Below, one piece after another: positions 52,512-60,517 of a DNA stretch of 64,000 nucleotides. The DNA comes from an archaeon BMS3Abin17 (GTDB lineage: Archaea; Nanobdellota; Nanobdellia; Pacearchaeales; GW2011-AR1): positions 19,497 through 83,496 of the forward strand of contig BDTJ01000031.1 of the NCBI GenBank assembly GCA_002897655.1. Direction: 5' to 3'. The notes beneath the pieces are model-generated. The model saw only the letters and a program-made list of their open reading frames with translations, was not told where the DNA came from and did no database searches. Both the position numbers and the translations under genes were made by a program. Numbering within the stretch: position 1 is the stretch's first letter; every line of letters starts with the position of its first letter.

Positions 52512-52904
52512 TCACTCAAACTTGTGTTTAGGTTCGTCTTTTGGTTTTGGGATTTCCTTGTGAATCTTTGCAAAAGAAGGGGTCACAATAACAATGTTTT
52601 CCCCAAATCCAGCAATATTGCCTTCAAGAGCATCTGTAGTCTTTTTTATTTTTGAGATTGCTCTTTTTAATTCAATAGAGTCTTTTTGCCTTAGAATTTT
52701 TATGTCTATCACAGCAATAGTATATCCTTCTCTCAAAGCATTAAGAATCTCAGTAACATCGTCGTAGTTTTTTAGTACAAAAAGCTTAACAAGAACTTTA
52801 CTATCTCTTTCCTCTTGTCCTAAATCTATCTCAAGATATTCCTCTCCTAAATCCTCGTCGCCTGACGAACCCAAAAAAGCTCTTTTTATCTTATTGAAAA
52901 CCAT
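52512..52904 (-). CDS. sepF: Cell division protein SepF
   Basis: LVKLFVLKNYDDVTEILNALREGYTIAVIDIKIL...ISKIKKTTDALEGNIAGFGENIVIVTP matches the SepF/DUF552 core. FtsZ lies in the same window. Confidence 0.75.
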   Translation of the reverse strand: MVFNKIKRAFLGSSGDEDLGEEYLEIDLGQEERDSKVLVKLFVLKNYDDVTEILNALREGYTIAVIDIKILRQKDSIELKRAISKIKKTTDALEGNIAGFGENIVIVTPSFAKIHKEIPKPKDEPKHKFE

Positions 52905-52958
52905 ATTAGATTCAACTTTGCAATATTTATAAAGATTTCGTAATTTTTTTGCATATGT

Positions 52959-53282
52959 TTACTTTTTCATTAACTTCATGACCTCTTCACGAAGTTTATC
53001 CAGCTGTTCTGTTAAAGAACTCTCCTGCTTCTCAATTGTTTTCATTCTTAAACCAAGCATCTTTTCTTTGGTTGATAATTCATCTTTTATCTTTGATTTA
53101 TCTGCCTTAATCATCAACTGCCCCACAATTTTAAAGACTTCTTCTCCTGATTTCTCTATTTCCTTTAACGCAGACTGGGACTCAGATAATTCCATCTGAA
53201 AAGCCTGTTTTTGAATAAGCAAATTTTGAAGATTTTGCTCTAAAAACTGCATTTCCTGAATTTTTTTATCTTGGTCTGTCAT
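52959..53282 (-). CDS. pfdB: Prefoldin beta subunit
   Basis: 107 aa, coiled-coil / beta-hairpin / coiled-coil (VFKIVGQLMIKADKSKI). Conserved neighbourhood with rpoP and eL43. Confidence 0.8.
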   Translation of the reverse strand: MTDQDKKIQEMQFLEQNLQNLLIQKQAFQMELSESQSALKEIEKSGEEVFKIVGQLMIKADKSKIKDELSTKEKMLGLRMKTIEKQESSLTEQLDKLREEVMKLMKK

Positions 53283-53420
53283 TTAAACTGCCTTTATTTT
53301 TTTTACTTTTGTCCTTGGTTTATAAAAAATCTTGCTTCCGCAATAAGGGCATAGAAATCTATTTTCAAGAACATTTGCATTGATTTTCTTTCCGCATTTA
53401 AAGCATTTGTATTGTATCAT
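53283..53420 (-). CDS. rpoP: DNA-directed RNA polymerase subunit P (Rpo12)
   Basis: Not in the ORF track (45 aa): MIQYKCFKCGKKINANVLENRFLCPYCGSKIFYKPRTKVKKIKAV. CxxC...CxxC zinc ribbon followed by a YKxR tail. Confidence 0.8.
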   Translation of the reverse strand: MIQYKCFKCGKKINANVLENRFLCPYCGSKIFYKPRTKVKKIKAV

Positions 53421-53451
53421 TGTATTATTGTTATTTTTTGATTATATAAAT

Positions 53452-53670
53452 TTATTCTAAGTAATAGGTATTTGATGCGAATTTTTTATTGCATTTTGAG
53501 CATTTCCATATCCCTTTTGAAAGCCTTTTTACGCCAAGTTTACTGCATAACGGACATTTTTGTTTTTTTCTTTGCTTTTTCTCTACTCCAACTAGTTTAG
53601 CTCTTGTTCTTTTACCATACCTTGCTCCAAATCTTCCTGCTGAGCCTGTTTTTTTTAATTTTGCTGGCAT
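53452..53670 (-). CDS. rpl37ae: 50S ribosomal protein eL43 (L37Ae)
   Basis: GSAGRFGARYGKRTR...CPLCSK...WKCSKCNKKFA is a zinc-ribbon ribosomal protein signature. Confidence 0.9.
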   Translation of the reverse strand: MPAKLKKTGSAGRFGARYGKRTRAKLVGVEKKQRKKQKCPLCSKLGVKRLSKGIWKCSKCNKKFASNTYYLE

Positions 53671-53671
53671 T

Positions 53672-53956
53672 TTAATATTTTGATAATACTATTTTCTCTA
53701 ATTCTACAAATGCCTTAGCTTTTCCTTCTCTTTCTGCCTGAGCATTTATAGAATCTGACTCAATCCTAAACCCATAAGGCCTTAGTAATTCTACTAAAGC
53801 GTTGACTCTTCCAATCATATTGCTTAAAGGAATGTTTTTAGACACATAAAAAGAGGTGAGTTTATCTTCCCTTAATTTAAGATATTCATTTATATCTCTC
53901 TCTGTCCATTTTCCATATAACCCTGTTTCTGTTTCTGAATTATCTTTTATTTTCAT
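53672..53956 (-). CDS. Hypothetical protein (94 aa)
   Basis: The track ORF extends to 54043, but its N-terminus is the reverse-strand read-through of the tRNA. Met at 53956 (MKIKDNSETE...) is the likely start. Confidence 0.45.
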   Translation of the reverse strand: MKIKDNSETETGLYGKWTERDINEYLKLREDKLTSFYVSKNIPLSNMIGRVNALVELLRPYGFRIESDSINAQAEREGKAKAFVELEKIVLSKY

Positions 53957-53968
53957 TTTATTATGAAA

Positions 53969-54041
53969 TGGGGCTACCAGGATTTGAACCTGGGTCATGA
54001 AGTCCCAAACCTCATAGGCTACCAAACTACCCCATAACCCC
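53969..54041 (-). tRNA. tRNA-Pro (anticodon UGG)
   Basis: Hand-folded cloverleaf. Acceptor GGGGTTA/TAGCCCC. D arm GGGT..GCCT. Anticodon stem TGAGG/CTTCA with loop TT-TGG-GA. T arm CCAGG-TTCAAAT-CCTGG. Discriminator A. CCA is not encoded. Confidence 0.85.
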
Positions 54042-54074
54042 ATGAAAAATAAAAGCTTTGATGAATTTATAAAG

Positions 54075-54737
54075 CTATTTCTTTTTTGGTTCGGGTGTTT
54101 CTGGCTTTGCCTCTTCTGGTTTTTCTTCTGTAGTCTCGCCAGATTCAGCAGCTTCTGCTTCCTTAGCTGCTTGTTCTTGCTGGATTACCTTTTCTTGCTC
54201 TGCTTTTAATTCTGAGAAATATTTGTCTAATTCTTCTTTTTTCTCTGCAGGAGTCTCTGTTTTTTCTTCCTGAATCTCTTTGTCATACTTTCCTTCATCT
54301 ATTTCTTTTTCAATCTCAAAAGCAGGCTTGCTTTCAACCAATATCCCAAGACTAACACAACTTCCAATAACTGTTTTAACTGCTGATTTTAAATCCTTGC
54401 AAAGCATGTTTGGCAATTTTGTCTTTGATATAGAGATTATTTGCTCAATAGATGCATTTGCAGCAGTTGTTTTCTTATGCATACTTGAACCTTTTTCAAT
54501 TCCTAATTCTTTCTTGATTAATTCTGAAACAGGAGGAGAAAAAACCTGAACTTCAAAATCTTTTGTGCCCAAATCTACATCAAGTTCAACAGGAACTTTC
54601 ATTCCCTTAAAATTCTTTGTTGCATCATTTACTTTCTGAATAATCTGGCTAATATTAAGCCCCATCGGTCCAAGCTTCTGGCTAAGTGCAGGCCCTGGCT
54701 GCATGCTTCCTCCCTCAACGAGTAATTTAATTTGCAT
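54075..54737 (-). CDS. rpl11: 50S ribosomal protein uL11 with a ~70-aa acidic/Lys-rich C-terminal extension
   Basis: MQIKLLVEGGSMQPGPALSQKLGPMGLNI...VPVELDV is the canonical uL11 N-terminus. The protein is 220 aa against about 160 typically; the tail is E/K/A/P-rich. Confidence 0.88.
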   Translation of the reverse strand: MQIKLLVEGGSMQPGPALSQKLGPMGLNISQIIQKVNDATKNFKGMKVPVELDVDLGTKDFEVQVFSPPVSELIKKELGIEKGSSMHKKTTAANASIEQIISISKTKLPNMLCKDLKSAVKTVIGSCVSLGILVESKPAFEIEKEIDEGKYDKEIQEEKTETPAEKKEELDKYFSELKAEQEKVIQQEQAAKEAEAAESGETTEEKPEEAKPETPEPKKK

Positions 54738-54738
54738 T

Positions 54739-54984
54739 TTATTGAGATATTCCTTGGTTTAATTCGTAAAGTCGAGATTCTAATTCGCTTTTTCTTGAAA
54801 ATAATAAGCCTATTTCATCTTGAACTTCGTTGTCGATAAACACTCCAGTAGTCATCTCAATATATGCCAATTCACTAGGAACTGAAGAGGGCCCAATAAA
54901 TTCCCTTTTAAGATAATCAATTCTTCCCCCAATACTCCAAATACTGCACTTCAATTTCAATGTTTCATATATTTTATTCATCAT
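54739..54984 (-). CDS. Hypothetical small protein inserted between spt5 and rpl11
   Basis: The track ORF is 54739..55005, but the first Met overlaps the spt5 3' end. Internal Met codons at 54984 and 54981 are more likely starts. Confidence 0.35.
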   Translation of the reverse strand: MMNKIYETLKLKCSIWSIGGRIDYLKREFIGPSSVPSELAYIEMTTGVFIDNEVQDEIGLLFSRKSELESRLYELNQGISQ

Positions 54985-55435
54985 CTTCGTCTTCTCCTTC
55001 TTCACGTCTTATAACTTTAACATTATCTAATTTAATTGTAACTGGCAATGGAACAACCGCTCCAAGCAAGCTCACTACAACTTCTTCTTTCTGCTTGTCT
55101 ATTCTTAAAACTTTTGCTTTTTCCTTCTTGAAAGGTTCTGCAATTATTTCAACAATATCTCCGTCTTTAATTGATACAGAAGTCGCTGAAGGTTCAATCA
55201 TATTTTTAATCTCTTCGTAACCAATTGTTTTTCCGATTATTCCTTTCACATACGGAAGATTAAATACTGATTCTTCTGCTGACTCTCTGTCTTCTGCTTC
55301 TAAAAGAACATATCCTCTAAGTCCGTGAGGTCTTGATACTGAAAACACGTTTATAGTTTTCTTTTCCACTCTGTCCGCAATCATATCAACTGCTCTTTCT
55401 TCTTTATTTGTGGTTACTTTTATAATAAAAATCAT
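54974..55435 (-). CDS. spt5: Transcription elongation factor Spt5 (archaeal NusG)
   Basis: NGN domain (IFIIKVTTNKEERAVDMI...GYVLLEAED) and KOW domain (GDIVEIIAEPFKKEKAKVLRIDKQKEEVVVSL). Confidence 0.88.
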   Translation of the reverse strand: MIFIIKVTTNKEERAVDMIADRVEKKTINVFSVSRPHGLRGYVLLEAEDRESAEESVFNLPYVKGIIGKTIGYEEIKNMIEPSATSVSIKDGDIVEIIAEPFKKEKAKVLRIDKQKEEVVVSLLGAVVPLPVTIKLDNVKVIRREEGEDEDDE

Positions 55436-55496
55436 CTTAGTTCCATCTACCCCCTAACAATCAAAGGAATAGATATATTTAATTGAAAATAAGGGT

Positions 55497-55772
55497 TTAT
55501 AAATTCTTCTTTTGCAAAAGTGTATAAGCATATTCTATTTCATTATCTGTTAAATCTTGATTAACAAAGTGTATTAATGAAAGCTCAAGTCCTTTTAATT
55601 TAAAGTTATTAAATCTATACGCTTCGGGCATATTAGAGAGATCTTTCCTTGTTAAAATAATATGCTTTAATTTTTTTCTCCCAAAAGAAAGTTTCCCAAT
55701 ATAAATAGCTTTTATCTTTTCTGGAGAAGCTCCCAGTTTAACATCATAGATTTGCCCATATTTCAGAACCAT
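55497..55772 (-). CDS. Hypothetical small protein inserted between secE and spt5
   Basis: 91-aa ORF. No motif recognised. Confidence 0.4.
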   Translation of the reverse strand: MVLKYGQIYDVKLGASPEKIKAIYIGKLSFGRKKLKHIILTRKDLSNMPEAYRFNNFKLKGLELSLIHFVNQDLTDNEIEYAYTLLQKKNL

Positions 55773-55813
55773 CTTCTTTTAGGATAGGAGTAATTTATAA
55801 ATTTTCCCTAAAC

Positions 55814-55990
55814 TTAAACAAATAATTTCATCACTATAGAAACAAGAAACCCAAGTATGCCTAATATCAAAATTCCTATTGCAGAGACTTTTGTTATCTG
55901 CTCGAATTCTTTTCTTGTTGGCTTTTTCAGAGAATGCCAGACTCTCCTGCACTTAACAAAAAAGGATTTTGTTGAACTTATTATTGTCAT
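55814..55990 (-). CDS. secE: Preprotein translocase subunit SecE (Sec61 gamma)
   Basis: Not in the ORF track (58 aa): MTIISSTKSFFVKCRRVWHSLKKPTRKEFEQITKVSAIGILILGILGFLVSIVMKLFV. Basic amphipathic N-terminus plus a single TM segment. Conserved position upstream of spt5. Confidence 0.75.
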   Translation of the reverse strand: MTIISSTKSFFVKCRRVWHSLKKPTRKEFEQITKVSAIGILILGILGFLVSIVMKLFV

Positions 55991-56021
55991 ATTCTAAAGA
56001 GATATAAGGGGTTTTTAAAAG

Positions 56022-56342
56022 TTATTGACTATTCGGCTTTATAATATAAGCCAACCAATCTTCTGAAAAATTAACCTTAATAGAAGTAGTCTCCCTATCT
56101 TTTTTATAGTTTCTAAAAATATCTAAAATCTTTCCAGATTCATGGGTATTTATATAAGCTCTAACAGAGAGTGCATTTGTTAATTTAAGTTCATCTCCTG
56201 AAAAATTTTCTACAAATCCATGTACAAAGATAGGGTTAGAACCTCCTTTAGTTGCAAAAATCTCATAACCAACTGCCTCCCTTAATTTTCTCATATCAGT
56301 AGTCTGTTCTATCTCCACAATAGATTTTAATTTTGACTTCAT
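56022..56342 (-). CDS. Hypothetical protein between ftsZ and secE
   Basis: 106-aa ORF. No motif recognised. Confidence 0.4.
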   Translation of the reverse strand: MKSKLKSIVEIEQTTDMRKLREAVGYEIFATKGGSNPIFVHGFVENFSGDELKLTNALSVRAYINTHESGKILDIFRNYKKDRETTSIKVNFSEDWLAYIIKPNSQ

Positions 56343-56387
56343 TATGTTGCCTTCTCAAGAACTCTTTATAAAGATTATTATTGTAAA

Positions 56388-57497
56388 TTATTCAAAGAAC
56401 TCTATACCTAATTCTTCCTCTATTTCCTTGTGTTTTATGCTTTCCATTGTCTCACCATGCCCAAGAATCTGAGAGCTTTTAACACCTGTAACTATAAGCA
56501 AGACCCTAATAGATTTCTCCATGTCAGGAGCTATCTGTGCCCCCCAGATTAATTTTGCATCAGGACTTAATTGATTTCCAACTGTCTCTATTATCAATTT
56601 GCACTCATCCAGGCTCATGTCAGGTCCTCCAACAATATTTACCAAAGCACCAGTAGCGTTTGATATTTCCACGTCTAAGAGAGGATTCTGTATTGCTTTT
56701 TCAACAGCTTCAATAGCTCTATTAGCACTATCTGATTCACCCATTCCAATTAATGAAACCCCTCCATTAACCATAACTGTTTTTATATCTGCAAAATCAA
56801 GGTTAACAAGTCCAGAAGTAGTCACAAGTTCTGTTGTTCCTTTAACTGCATTTGTAAGAATCTCGTCGGCAATCTTAAATGCAGTGTGCAAAGGCAGTTC
56901 TGGGGCTAATTCAAGAAGTTTATCATTTGGAATAACAATCAAGGTATCCACAACAGATTCCATTCTCTCTAATCCTTCCATTGCATTTTCTATTCTCTTT
57001 CTTCCTTCAATTGTGAAGGGCAGAGTTACAACTCCAATTGTTAATGCTCCTTGCTTTTTTGCCAGACTTGCAATTACAGGGGCTGCACCTGTTCCTGTCC
57101 CCCCTCCTAAACCACAAGTTATGAAGACCATGTCTGCTCCTGCAAGCTTTTTCTTTATCTCAGAATCAGATTCTTTTGCTGCCTCCTGACCTACTTTTGG
57201 ATTGCTTCCAGAACCAAGCCCATGAGTTAATTCTCTTCCAATAAGTATTTTTTTATCTGCATTAGCATATAATAAATCCTGGGCATCTGTGTTTATTGCT
57301 ATAAGCTCTCCTCCTTTAATTCCAATTTCCCTCATTCTACTCAGAGAATTGCCTCCACCGCCTCCAACACCAACTACCTTTATCTTAGCTGATTGTTGTT
57401 TGAGAAGTTCTGCTAATTCCTGGTCAATCTGCCTAATCTCAGGAGACAAACCCTCTGATAAATGCTCAATCCCCTTTTGATCATAAACCTCATCCAT
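56388..57497 (-). CDS. ftsZ: Cell division GTPase FtsZ
   Basis: GVGGGGGNSLSRM and the tubulin signature GLGGGTGTGAAPVIA. 369 aa. Confidence 0.95.
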   Translation of the reverse strand: MDEVYDQKGIEHLSEGLSPEIRQIDQELAELLKQQSAKIKVVGVGGGGGNSLSRMREIGIKGGELIAINTDAQDLLYANADKKILIGRELTHGLGSGSNPKVGQEAAKESDSEIKKKLAGADMVFITCGLGGGTGTGAAPVIASLAKKQGALTIGVVTLPFTIEGRKRIENAMEGLERMESVVDTLIVIPNDKLLELAPELPLHTAFKIADEILTNAVKGTTELVTTSGLVNLDFADIKTVMVNGGVSLIGMGESDSANRAIEAVEKAIQNPLLDVEISNATGALVNIVGGPDMSLDECKLIIETVGNQLSPDAKLIWGAQIAPDMEKSIRVLLIVTGVKSSQILGHGETMESIKHKEIEEELGIEFFE

Positions 57498-57643
57498 GTG
57501 AAAAATAACCAGTTATTGTTTATAAGGATTATTGTGGTATCAAGAATATTTACAAAAAGGATATTCTTGAATACCCAAAAGTCTAACTGTGCATCCGCAC
57601 AGATTAAGTTAAAGACTTTTGTGTGTTTTGGAGGTTTTGGAAA

Positions 57644-58945
57644 TTATAAATCTAAGAGAACTTCATTTTGAGTTATTTGGTTAAGAGATTGGCGTTTTCT
57701 TATCAAGCATAATTCATCATTTTCTCTCAATAAAATTTCAGGAACTTGTCTGTGAGAATTATAATTAAAAGGGGTCATGCTTGAGCAATATGCCCCACAC
57801 CCCCCTATCACAATATAATCCCCTATTTTTGGGTCAGCCATAATTCTGGGAACAATATTTCCATTATTATCCAAACTTTGGGAATCCCCACTTTCACAAC
57901 ACTTTCCAACAATAACATGTTTATCTCTTTCAGAATCTAAGTTAATTAAATTATTTTCAGAAGACAAAATCTCTCCATCTTTTGAAATAATATAAAAAGG
58001 ATGTTGAGAGCCATAAATAAAGGGTCTTGAATTGACTTCCATTCCCCCATCTGTAATAATAAACTTAAATCCATCCTCACCTGTTTGTTTCTTGTCAATA
58101 ACTTTTGTGATTAAATATCCTGCATTTGCAACAATATATGTTCCTGGCTCTATCTCCATAATTAATTTTCTTCCTGTTTCTCTGTAAAATTCTTCAATTT
58201 TATTTTTTGCATATAATCCTAATTCATTAATTTCTGCACAGATTTCCCCAGGCATTCTTGCTTCTTTCAATCCCCCTCCAAAATTAACTATTTTGATATT
58301 TGAGAAATATTCTTCTACAAATTCTAATTCCCGGTCAATATTTTCCCTCCACTTTTGAGTATCCCCTCCAGAACCAATATGAACATGGACCTGATCAAAA
58401 AAAAGATTTTTTGAATCTGAGAATTCTAGTGCTTTTTTAATATCTGCTAAATGAATCCCAAAACAAGAGTATTTATCTCCTGTATTTCTTGTTGAAGATT
58501 CTCCTGATCCAACTCCTGGATGAATTCTCATAGAAAGAGGTATATTATTTTTAGAAGCAAAATCTGCAATGAGACTTAATTGCCTTAAAGAACATATATT
58601 ATATTTTAACCCTTTTAAGATTATTTTCTCTAAATATTCTCTGTCATCTCCTAAAGGAACTTCTTGTGTTGTTAGCATAATTTTATCATAAGGAATTCCT
58701 GCATCATATGCTCTTCTGCATTCGTCTAATGAACTAGCATCAATAGATAATCCTTTATTAGTTATTAAGCGGAGAAGAGTTTTATTAGAATTAGCTTTCA
58801 TTGCATATCTAACCTTAAGTCCGTATGCATTTGGCATTGAAAGAACTTCCTTACATTTCTCTGAAATTATATTTTCATCATACAAATATAAAGGTGTGTT
58901 AAATTTAGTGGCTGCTTCTGTGAATATAAGAACATTTTTTAACAT
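57644..58945 (-). CDS. lysA: Diaminopimelate decarboxylase (fold-III PLP decarboxylase)
   Basis: YAMKANSN (PLP Lys), HVHIGSGG and GKCCESGD. Adjacent to dapL, with a 1-nt gap. Confidence 0.75.
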   Translation of the reverse strand: MLKNVLIFTEAATKFNTPLYLYDENIISEKCKEVLSMPNAYGLKVRYAMKANSNKTLLRLITNKGLSIDASSLDECRRAYDAGIPYDKIMLTTQEVPLGDDREYLEKIILKGLKYNICSLRQLSLIADFASKNNIPLSMRIHPGVGSGESSTRNTGDKYSCFGIHLADIKKALEFSDSKNLFFDQVHVHIGSGGDTQKWRENIDRELEFVEEYFSNIKIVNFGGGLKEARMPGEICAEINELGLYAKNKIEEFYRETGRKLIMEIEPGTYIVANAGYLITKVIDKKQTGEDGFKFIITDGGMEVNSRPFIYGSQHPFYIISKDGEILSSENNLINLDSERDKHVIVGKCCESGDSQSLDNNGNIVPRIMADPKIGDYIVIGGCGAYCSSMTPFNYNSHRQVPEILLRENDELCLIRKRQSLNQITQNEVLLDL

Positions 58946-58946
58946 T

Positions 58947-60176
58947 TTACAATCTTAGATTATTAGTTATGCTTTCAACAGCTTTTTCAACATCTCCTCT
59001 AAGACCAAAAGCACTTAATCTAAAAAACCCCTCTCCACTTGGACCAAAGCCAACTCCAGGGGCCCCAATAACATGTGTCTCGTTTAGCATTTTATCAAAG
59101 AACTGCCAAGAACCCATATTATTTGGAGTTTTCATCCATAAATAAGGAGCATTTATTCCTCCATAAACCGTCAATCCCATTGATTCAAGACCTTTTTTAA
59201 TAATCTTTGCATTTTCCATATAATAATTAACTAAAATTTTACTTTGTTCAACTCCGTTATTGGTTAAAGCTGCTAAACCTCCTAATTGGGAAATAATTGA
59301 AGCCTCATTAAAAAATCTACTTTGTCTATCACTCCATCTGTCATGCACTTCTCCGGGAGAAGTTCCTTCAACAACAAGTTCATGAGGGATAATAGTATAT
59401 CCTAGTCTTACACCTGTAAATCCATTATCTTTTGAAAAACTCTTCATTTCAATTGAGCATTTTTTTGCTTCTTCAGCCTCATAAATACTTCTTACTAAAC
59501 CTGAATCTAAGATATATTCTTCATAAGCCCCATCAGAGATAATAACTGATTTATCTTCTATTGCTTTATCTACAAAAGCTTTTGCTAATTTTCTGTCATG
59601 ATTACTTCCTGTTGGATTATTTGGATTACATAAGTAAATTAAACCTGCTTTTTGTTTTGGAACTTCTGGAAGAAAGTTATTTTCTTCTTTGCAAGGCATA
59701 TAAACAACTCCCTCATATAATCCGGTTTTTTTATTAAATTCACCTGTTTTTCCAGCAATAACATTACTCTCGATATAAACAGTATAAGAAGGGTCCTGCA
59801 CAGCAATAGTGGTCTCTTCAGGATGAAAATGATACTGAATATTAGCAGTATCTGGCTTTGCACCATCATTAATAAATACTTCTGAGGGATCTAAATCAAT
59901 ACCTCTCTCCTTATACTTTTTAACTATTGCTTTTTTTAGTGCTAGTGCTCCATGCTCATCCCCATAACCCGAATAAGTATCTCTATCTGCAAGATTATCA
60001 ACTCCTTTACGAAGTCCTTCAACAACGGTAGGAGTTAAAGGCTCTGTAGTATCTCCAATCCCAAGCTTCATTGGTTCTATACCTGTTGAAGCTCTAAATT
60101 CTTTTGCCTTATTCCCAATATCTCTAAACAAATAATTTTTTTGAAGTTTTTCATAATTAGGATTTAATTTTACCAT
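58947..60176 (-). CDS. dapL: LL-diaminopimelate aminotransferase (DapL-type)
   Basis: N-terminal KLNPNYEKLQKNYLFRDI. PLP Lys context SFSKDNGFTGVRLGY. NPNNPTG motif. Confidence 0.75.
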   Translation of the reverse strand: MVKLNPNYEKLQKNYLFRDIGNKAKEFRASTGIEPMKLGIGDTTEPLTPTVVEGLRKGVDNLADRDTYSGYGDEHGALALKKAIVKKYKERGIDLDPSEVFINDGAKPDTANIQYHFHPEETTIAVQDPSYTVYIESNVIAGKTGEFNKKTGLYEGVVYMPCKEENNFLPEVPKQKAGLIYLCNPNNPTGSNHDRKLAKAFVDKAIEDKSVIISDGAYEEYILDSGLVRSIYEAEEAKKCSIEMKSFSKDNGFTGVRLGYTIIPHELVVEGTSPGEVHDRWSDRQSRFFNEASIISQLGGLAALTNNGVEQSKILVNYYMENAKIIKKGLESMGLTVYGGINAPYLWMKTPNNMGSWQFFDKMLNETHVIGAPGVGFGPSGEGFFRLSAFGLRGDVEKAVESITNNLRL

Positions 60177-60207
60177 AGATACTCTCTGAAAAAAGAATTT
60201 ATAAGGA

Positions 60208-60474
60208 TTATTGTTTTACAGAATTATCTTTCTTTTCTTCAACTTTCCCTTCAGATTTCTCTTCTTTTTCTTCAGTTTTTTTCTCGGCTTCCTTTTTGTC
60301 AGATTTTTCTTCAATTTCCTTAACCCCTAGTTCTAACCCAAAAATATCTTTAAATTTATCTTTAAACAGTTCAACAAATTGAAGCATTGGCTTTTCAACA
60401 TGAAGCGTTATCTTTTTATCTTTAACTTCAAACTTGAAGTCTTTTTTAAATAAGAAATCATTCATTATCTTCAA
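60208..60474 (-). CDS. Hypothetical protein with an E/K-rich tail
   Basis: 88-aa ORF. The C-terminal half is low-complexity EKK repeats. Confidence 0.35.
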   Translation of the reverse strand: MKIMNDFLFKKDFKFEVKDKKITLHVEKPMLQFVELFKDKFKDIFGLELGVKEIEEKSDKKEAEKKTEEKEEKSEGKVEEKKDNSVKQ

Positions 60475-60517
60475 TTATTATCTTCAATTGCATAATGTTT
60501 ATATATGCGGGTATAAT

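Noticed and set aside
53957-54043. N-terminal extension of track ORF 53672..54043
   Set aside because: The extension is the antisense-free read-through of the tRNA-Pro gene on the same strand (MGLWGSLVAYEVWDFMTQVQILVAPFH...). The tRNA cloverleaf explains the sequence.
56599-57189. 196-aa plus-strand ORF opposite ftsZ. Similar long antisense ORFs occur at 50013..50438, 30570..31094, 13830..14177, 18257..18631, 62996..63409 and 5822..6169
   Set aside because: They lie antisense to genes with strong homology or motif support. Their Ser/Pro/Ile/Phe-rich low-complexity translations are typical of shadow ORFs.
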